Assembly (NCBI GenBank): GCA_951406725.2
Contig: OX597815.1
Span: 139,128,001 to 139,192,000 of the forward strand
DNA from: Octopus vulgaris
Lineage: Eukaryota
Length of the DNA stretch: 64,000 nucleotides
Direction of reading: 5' to 3'
A program made the position numbers and the translations under genes. Shown one piece after another: positions 55,865 to 64,000 of the stretch; the first letter of the stretch is position 1; every line of letters starts with the position of its first letter. Under the pieces are notes generated by a model that worked only from the letters and a program-made list of their open reading frames with translations, was not told where the DNA came from and did no database searches.

Positions 55865-56825
55865 TATATATATGCATTGAAGTTTATACACCCATCTAAC
55901 TCAATCTCCTGATTCTGAATTGTGATTTTAAGAGATATCTGAATATACATTGCCAAAACGTTGTTAGTGTATAGGTTTGAATCTTCTTGTGGTTGCTTGT
56001 GACTATCAAAATAAGAAATCATTGCCTTACCTAAAGAGATAGCTTGCTGAAGGATAAAGAACCATCTCAATTTGGTATAGAGGTTATCTCTTGATTTTTG
56101 GTTTTATATTAAAAAAAACACGAGGTGTTTTTTTTCTCTACTTATTGCATAGATAATCTCTCTTAAAAGTTTTCAACTCAATATATTACTGTATGAGAAC
56201 CTGCCGTATATTCATATGATATGGTTAAGATTTCAGAGTAAGAGAATATATTGAATATATTGAATTCATTCATAATTTCTCCCATCGATCGCAAATATTT
56301 CTTATAGTAAGTTCCTTTTGTTAATCATTTCAGTGAGTTTTCTTTCTATAATCGCTGAGTCATTGATATCAATATCAGCTCTTCATTTGATTATGTACGC
56401 CTCAATATCATCAAGGACTGTGTGGCTTCTATCGCATTCTGTTTCAACGTGAATTTATCAACTAGCACGACGTTCGAACAATATCCCAGGAGTATATGTT
56501 TAGATATAACAGAATAGAGTGAAAACTGTCCAGTGATCTTCTGTTTGATTGTGTGATCATTCTTGTACATTAAACAACCAACTTTCGATCATCTATGAAT
56601 TTTTATGACGCAGGTTTAACACTTCTGCGTTACAGTTTTGTATGACGCTTCTTACATATTAACGAAGTCGGAATTCCTTTGTTGAAGATACGTCCAAAAG
56701 ATCAATGACTATAAATAAGTTTTTGAAAACATATAATGTAAATATTAATGTATAAGAAGTCTGAAAACTGTGAAAAACAATGACAATTATATAACTTCTA
56801 GATGTTTATATATTAGAAATGTGTG

Positions 56826-56898
<73 letters not shown>

Positions 56899-56914
56899 CA
56901 TATATATATATATA

Positions 56915-57283
56915 TTACTCTTTTACGTGTTTCAGTCATTTAACTGCAGCCACGCTGGAGCACCGCCTTTAGTCGAGCAAATCGACCCAAGGACTTATTC
57001 TTTGTAAGCCTAGTACTTATTCTATCGGTATCTTTTGTCGAACCGCTAGGATACGGGGATGTAAACACACCAGCATCGGTTGTCAAGCAATGTTGGGAGG
57101 GGGGACAAACACAGACACACAAACACACAAACACACACACATTTATGTATACATATACATATATACGAAAGGCTTCTTTCAGTTTCCGTCTACCAAATCT
57201 ACTCACAGGGCTTTGGTCGGCCCGAGGCTATAGTAGAAGACACTTGCCCAAAGTACCACGCATGTGGTTGATAAGCAAGCTAC
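56915..57283 (-). mobile_element. SINE family B
   Basis: Reverse complement of the 17123-17545 unit. Confidence 0.85.
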
Positions 57284-58039
57284 TTTATTTCAATATTTGG
57301 CCATAAAGGGATGACACGGTGTAGCTTGCGGGCTGGACAGAAACATTAATGAGATGAATGATGAAAAAAATGATATTGATGAAAAAAATAATATTGATGG
57401 GAGAAGAGGCAAACGCCCGTCGATTTTTGCTTCTCTAATACATTATTCCTTTTTTTAATACATAAAAAACAAAATGGGGTATTAAACCTCTTTAGCTTTT
57501 ATAATTGTTCCATTACAAATTTTCTTTTGTCTTTCTACAAAAAAAAAACACACCAACAGAATTTGGTACTACCTCTTAAGTATGTCTTTGTTAATCGTCT
57601 CAGCTGAACTCTTGTAATATCGACAAAGGATCGCAGATGAACTAAATGGAAAAGGCTAAAATAAGCTGCAGTAACTACAGAAAACATTAAGTACCAAACT
57701 AGTAAGCATTAAGCATAGAGAGATTTTTATCTCGTATAATATCCCAAGGTCCGTTTAGAATGCCAGTTACTTCATCACAGACTGTGTGTTGAAACTAAAA
57801 CATCGTAGAGAATCCCTTTTACTCATTAAGAACATAAATAAAAATAATTATAATCACTGTTCGCGACAAGTATGCTTTGGAAACCAAGCGACAGAAGTTC
57901 AACGAAATTTTTGACGTTTTATGGTAATCAGTAACATTGCGAAATAAAGAAAACAGAATATGTGCTCTGTTATGGCGAGAGGCACGATACCCACTGTAAG
58001 AATAGACTTGACCGAACGACTATAAATAATAGCGGTCTG

Positions 58040-59627
58040 AGTGAGAGACATGTTAGACGTCAATCGAAGATGGTTTGGGTTGTTCGTGGCGGAGTGTTTT
58101 TGTCGTAAGTTGTAGGGCTAGATATTTGTTTCATTGATTGTTGCTGTTGTTGTGAATTGTTGTTTTATTCTCATTGGGGTGGAGGGGGCGCCGGCGGGTG
58201 GTCACAGTTGTGCGGCCGCGGCTAGAAGGGGAATGGAGGCGGAGTCACTGGAGGTCCGTAATGTGAGGGTGGAGCCAGGAAGAGTGAGGGAGTGTAAGGG
58301 ATTGCTGGAGGGAGACGGAGGTGCATTGGAGTTGGAGCCGCCTGCGGAATTGATAGGTAATGTAGCAGAAGGGACGGTGGTGTTCAGGACGATGAGGATG
58401 GCAACGAGGAGGATGGCAGTGGCGACGAAGGAGGCAATTGAAGAGTGTTTGGGAAGTGATGAAGAGCTAGCAACATTCATGGCAGGAGGAGGGAGGTGCA
58501 CCACCGTGGGGGTGCGTTTTGTGGAGGAGGGGGGAGTTGGGCACTCCACGGAGGCGTTGGGATCGGAGGAGTGGGTGCTTTTGCCGTTCTGCTATGGTGA
58601 GCGTGTGGCCGGACTGCGATTTGGCGGGGTGGCCCCGGAGCTGAAGGAAGCATGGCTGATGACAGCCGTAGTGTTTGGCATGGGGGGGAGCAGATTATTG
58701 TGGGCCGCAGGGACACGGGACGTAGGATGCTGGGGATGCGGGATTTAGCTGACCGTACAGGCAGCAATGGAGGACTTGGACGGAATTGTCGAGGAGATGG
58801 TGCTGCCCGATGGCTTGAGATTGGGAGTGGTGATTGGGGATGGGCCGCCTATGTGTTTTACATGTGGGGAGGGGGGCCACACGAGGGCGAGGTGCCTGCG
58901 CGGGGAGCAGGTGGTAGGGCGGGAGAGTGCGGACCAATTTGTACAGGTGGAGATGAAGGAAAAAACAACAGAGGAGGAATACACAGTGGTGAAAAAAAGA
59001 AACAGAAGTGGGAGGGTGAGCACCCCGCCAGAGAACCAGAAAAAAAGAAGAAAGAAGAGGTGGAAATAGAAGATGTGGCCAGAAGGAAGAAAGACAAAAT
59101 GGTCGTGGAGAAGCAAAGTGAAAAAGAAATTGAAAAAGTGTTCAAGAAGGAGTTGCAGAAGGAGAAGATTCGGTAAATTCCAGCGGAAGGAAGAGATTTA
59201 GGAGTGTAACTGTATAAGGGTGAAATGGAGAGACTATTCAGAGTGGAGAAAGAAAAGGAAAAGGTACCAGAAGTGAAGCAGGAAAAGAGAAAACGAAGAA
59301 GAGGAAAAAAATCGATGGAATTTCGTATCACATGCGAAAAGCAAAGAAACGGAAAAGAAAATTTGAAAATTTAAGCATATCATAAGAGTGAAGTTACCCA
59401 CCGATATGTATTCTGAAAAAGTGAAGGCCATCGTGGTCGACAAATACATTTACAATAGAATAAGTAACATGTGCGAAAACGAGATTGACCGGCCTGGAAT
59501 GTTGGTGGAGCTCGACGAATTGCCACCAGTAGTAAAGCTAAAAGACTTGGAGACTTTCATGAAGTATTAAAAAGGTAAAAAAAAGTAACTAAACTTGTTC
59601 TGTTGAAAGGAAAAAAAAAAAAAAAAG
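58040..59627 (+). mobile_element. ORF1-only (gag-like CCHC) non-LTR element, L1/Tx1-like, poly(A)-tailed and disrupted
   Basis: ORFs 58134-58748 and 58767-59069 with CFTCGEGGHTRARC knuckle; K/E-rich C-terminus ending at about 59570; A-tract 59612-59627. No RT or endonuclease follows. Confidence 0.7.
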
Positions 59628-59685
59628 TAAAAGTGTTTCATTTAAAAATAAAGAGAGAAAAAGAATAATAGTGTCCCCCCCTCTG

Positions 59686-61285
59686 TGTTGTGCCGTAGTT
59701 AAGAAATGAGTAGGCGTTAATCGCATGCAGTCGTAAGGTGTCGTTTTGGCAATTTGTCGGAATATCGTATTTTGGTTCTTGTATAGTTCGTGGAAAGTTT
59801 ATTGGATTGTTACGTTGTTGTTACTCTGATTTGTTATATAATTTATTGTTACTACACGGTTATAGTATAAACAAATATCGTCATAAATAATGGTAATACT
59901 ACAATATTGAATATTGCGTTATAGTATTGACAACTAGGTTTCGAAGCTTACGCAGGTCACTGTTTTTGATACAAAGTTTTTAATGATGGAATACCTATTA
60001 CCTTCTATTATACAGTTGCAAAAGCAACAGCAACAGTAGCTGCACCAACAACTACAACGACGACAACAACAACAACAACAACAACAACAACTTCAACTCA
60101 ATCAGTTTCAGTGCAACAGCAACAGAAGAAAGAGTCGATCAACAGTACCCAAGAGTCGAACAGTAGTACTCGAGAGTCGAACAACAGTACTCAAGAGTCA
60201 AACGACAGTTCCCAAAAGTCGAACAATAGTTGCTGGAATTAATAAGGAAGTCTGGAAATATCCTAAATTCGTTTCCAACAGACGGTGTATCGAACTCTAA
60301 AAGGGAATTCAGTTATGACTCAGAGGAAGGAATAACGTTTGCAATGTACTTTAAACGGTACAAAGAAATCTCCATTGAAGATTGCAAGTCGTGGACGGAC
60401 AACGAAAACGTAAGACCGTTATTATGTAAATTAGCGCCGGCTGAACATGCAAAATATTGTAATTTCATACTACTCCAAAAAACTAGTGAATCTTGTTTCC
60501 AAGAAACAGTCGAACTACTATCAAAAATATTCAGTGATAAGAATTCCCTATTTAACACTCGATGGGAGTGTTGGAATCTAGTTAAAAGAGTGAGTGAAGA
60601 CTTGGTTTAAACTGAAGGAACTAACTGCTGGTATGTTCAAATGCCTCATTTTTGTACAAGGGCTTACGGCAAACAAAGGTGTGGAGATACGTGCAGGAAT
60701 TCTCATAAAACATGAACAAACGGACGAGACTTTAACCCTGCAGACAGTTGCAGAGGAGTGTTAAAGAATCATAAACTCATGTCATGACGTACAGAAAATT
60801 TAAGAGGATTTCTCACAAGTACATGCATGTCGATCGGGAAGGTATAAACAATAAAGAAAATTTTAAGACCAAGCCTATACCACAGATCTAGAGCCCTACA
60901 TTTCAGGAAGGATTGTTCTTTCAAAACAAAAAAAAAATGTTACAGTTGCCTAAACGTAGGATACAAAAGCTCACAATGTAGAGAAAATTTAGGAAGGCTG
61001 AACATAAAAAATTGTAAAGTTTTCTCAACGGAAAGTAGAAGCGACACCAAAAAGAGGAAATTTGTATATGTAAAAATAAAGGAAGTGAATATTAAATTAC
61101 AACTAGATATTGGTAGCCACGTCTCGATTATTAATACCGACATGTGGATACGAATTGAGAAACCTACGTTAAGAAAAACGTGATAGGTGAAAAATTACAC
61201 TTCGTTGGCGAAATGTGGAGTGATATCACATTTCGGGGTAAAACCTGTAGAGCAAAAGTTTTCGTGCTAAAAGAGATCGAAACCA
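59686..61285 (+). mobile_element. Ty3/gypsy LTR retrotransposon 5' remnant (putative LTR, gag, protease)
   Basis: Putative TG..CA LTR at 59686-59932 with PBS-like actaggtttcgaag. Gag FSYDSEEGITFAMYFKRY...LSKIFSDKNSLFNTRWEC, knuckle remnant CYSCLNVGYKSSQC, protease LQLDIGSHVSIIN (DTG mutated to DIG). Cut off by (TATC)n. Confidence 0.8.
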
Positions 61286-61295
61286 GCTCATTGGC

Positions 61296-61363
<68 letters not shown>

Positions 61364-61368
61364 GTCTG

Positions 61369-61422
<54 letters not shown>

Positions 61423-61630
61423 CAGCTATCTAACTTATATATATAGACATACATTTATGCATATGTATGTCTATATGTACACACACCCACGCACACGTAC
61501 ACACACTCACACATACACGCACAAGCGCACACATATTCACGCAAACATACGCACACACATTCACACGCACATGCACACACACACGTACATGCACACACAC
61601 ACGTACATGCACACACACACACACGCACAA
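61296..61630. repeat. (TATC)n and degenerate (CA)n microsatellites
   Basis: Directly visible. Confidence 0.9.
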
Positions 61631-63394
61631 ATATATCAGAAGAGAGAAAATTAGGATTCATAACTTGTAATATTTTTCTAAATAAGCATTAAATGTCTTT
61701 TTTTTTGTTTGTTATTAACCTTTGTAGTTATTTCACTTTCAATGTTTCTTTTTTTTTCATTTTGTTTTTTATCTCACTTCTTTTGATTGAACATTTTTGT
61801 AGATTTGATGTTTATTTTTTAATGGGTCTTTAGTTTGTGTAACTCTATAATTAAAATGATATCGAAAACATAAAAAAATGACATGATAGTGAAATATCGA
61901 TGTAACATAAAGATAAATAATGATATATGTTGATGGGGTATTTATTCCGATAACAAATTCTTTTTATGTAGTGACCGATGATGCCTTTTACCTTGATTTT
62001 ATGTTGTAAAAATGATAAACAAACATTTAGGGTAATTAGGCAAAAAGTTCAGACTTTTCAAATTTACGTCGATTAAGATATGTCTTAATTATCCACTGTT
62101 GAAATTTAAGAACAAATGCAAAATACAGGTATGAAAAATATTCTACTTAATGAGTACGAAAAGTGTAAATTTTTTACTGAAATACATCACCTAAACGGCA
62201 GGAATTATTAGAAAATAAAGTACATTGCCAAAAAAGTTGAACATTATTCTGAATCAACTGGTTTATTTCATTAATGAAGTCGTTCCTATTAATTAACAGT
62301 GGATTTAACGAGGTGATAGTAGTCACATTGTATGTGTTACTTGAAAACATGTCTTGTTTTCGTTAACTAATCAACACAGCATTGCATTAATGTCTTTTAG
62401 AAAGGCATGAACAAAACAGCTCATTTTCTCGGCTAAGAATTATAAGTAATCTTATATAATGAAAAGTAATCATCATAGAATGGTAGTCGTTTCTCTCTAT
62501 ACACGCAAAACCTCGTTATATCTAGCATGTTGTCCAATACAAATTGAATAGAATCTACAACTCTGTAAAAAAAGAAAAACATTGAAAATTCGATTCCATA
62601 ACTAATTACTATTGAGAATCTGATCTGTATCTAAAAAATTCAGAATGAATACTATAACAATTTTACAAATGGTTAAAATGGGATCTCTGTTCTCTATCTA
62701 AATTAGTATGTTAACAATATAAGAATATATAAATGATTAGGCTGGTATCTCTGAGTTGTATATAAAGTTGAAAGTTAGTATTATGGCATTCAAACAGGGA
62801 AGAATGAAATATATGTTCGTTTGAATCTAACGGTAAATGTAGTTGGTGATGCAAATAGCTAGGAGCCAACTTCAAAACAGACCCACAATTGAATTTATAA
62901 TTTTGTCGTGAATATCTCAGACTTTTGACAGCTATTTTTAGTTGGTCGAACGAGCGTGGAGAAGTTTCCTGGATGGTTTCTGACATTAAATATACAATCA
63001 GGAGGATAGCTTTATAAAAGAATGTTCATAATATTCATGAAAGTGTTTCTTTTATTGACATATTACAAACAATTTATTACTAATTACTGTATAAAAATAT
63101 GTCCTTACAAGATGACTTTAATAGCAAATAGGAAATAGGAAATGGTGACTTTCCCTAATAGGAAGGAACTCCAGAAGTAATAAAGGTAATAAATTATTTG
63201 CGACAAGAGCTGTATTACTACAAAAAGGTAATCTTTATATCCATCTTATCGTGCTTATCTTGTAAGAATGCGGGAAGATCCTCTGGTATAGGCGTTTGGT
63301 GCATAAAAGCAGACACAAAGATCATAGCAGACGAGAACCGTTTGTCATGGGCACCGGAATTCCCATATTGTGTAATTTCATTCTACTGGAAACC

Positions 63395-63484
63395 ATGAGT
63401 TGGAATCGTCAGGTCATCTCATTCTGTATGTTTACAGCTGTCTTAACATTCACATCCGGTTACAGCATCGGCAATGATTTGAAG
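63395..63484 (+). CDS. possible first coding exon encoding a signal peptide
   Basis: aaaccATG context; MSWNRQVISFCMFTAVLTFTSGYSIGNDLK followed by AG|GT; cataaaag about 90 bp upstream. No downstream exon is seen in the window. Confidence 0.3.
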
Positions 63485-63594
63485 GTGTAAACACATTGTA
63501 TATATTTTACATACGCCTTATATACATATATGCAAACATACACGCGCGCGCATATATGCTTATGTACACATACAATTGTTTTTTCAAATTCCTT

Positions 63595-64000
63595 TCATTC
63601 TTTTCTTTCGGTAATTTGATTGTGGCCATGCTAGAGCACCGCCCTAAAGGGTTTTAGTCGAAGCCATCGACCACATGACTTATTTTTTGTAAGTCTAGTA
63701 CTTATTCCGTACTTATTACGAGGATGTAAACATACCAACACCGGTTCTCGAGCGGTGACGGAGCGACGAACACAAACACAGACACACAGACACACAGACA
63801 CACAGACACACACGCACACACACACATATATATATAAATGCACACACACACACACACACGCACACACATACATATATACGGCGGGTTTCTTTCAGCTTCC
63901 GTTTTCAAATCCACTCACAAAGCTTTGGTCGGCCCGGAGTATAGTAGAAGACACTTGCCCAAAGTGCCACATAGTGGGACTGAACCCAGAATCATGTGGT
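63595..64000 (-). mobile_element. SINE family B (runs off the window)
   Basis: Reverse complement of the 17123-17545 unit. Confidence 0.85.

Noticed and set aside
60030-60230. (CAA)n and 21-bp repeats as a separate element
   Set aside because: They fall in the low-complexity N-terminus of the gypsy gag remnant.

Overview
This is AT-rich, microsatellite-dense eukaryotic genomic DNA. The SINE, LINE and microsatellite content suggests a coleoid cephalopod, probably Octopus; this is inferred from recalled repeat families, not from a search. No intact host gene is evident, apart from one possible signal-peptide first exon at about 63.4 kb. The window is mostly mobile DNA: a decayed mariner with both TIRs, a near-complete R4/Dong-type (RT+RLE) LINE plus several fragments in (TAA)n, Penelope-like (RT/GIY-YIG) remnants, an RTE fragment, a Ty3/gypsy gag-protease remnant, an ORF1-only LINE derivative and many tRNA-derived SINEs. 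The most notable element is a young, apparently non-coding repeat of about 491 bp (46471-47657), arranged as a tandem plus inverted array inside (TA)n. Each copy carries a complete type I hammerhead ribozyme with an unusually long G-U-rich stem II, making it a candidate retrozyme or circular-RNA element. Also notable are a tRNA-headed SINE with a minimal hammerhead, an ORF1 retrocopy that looks A-to-G hyper-edited, and a 3.5-kb foldback with arms of about 780 bp.
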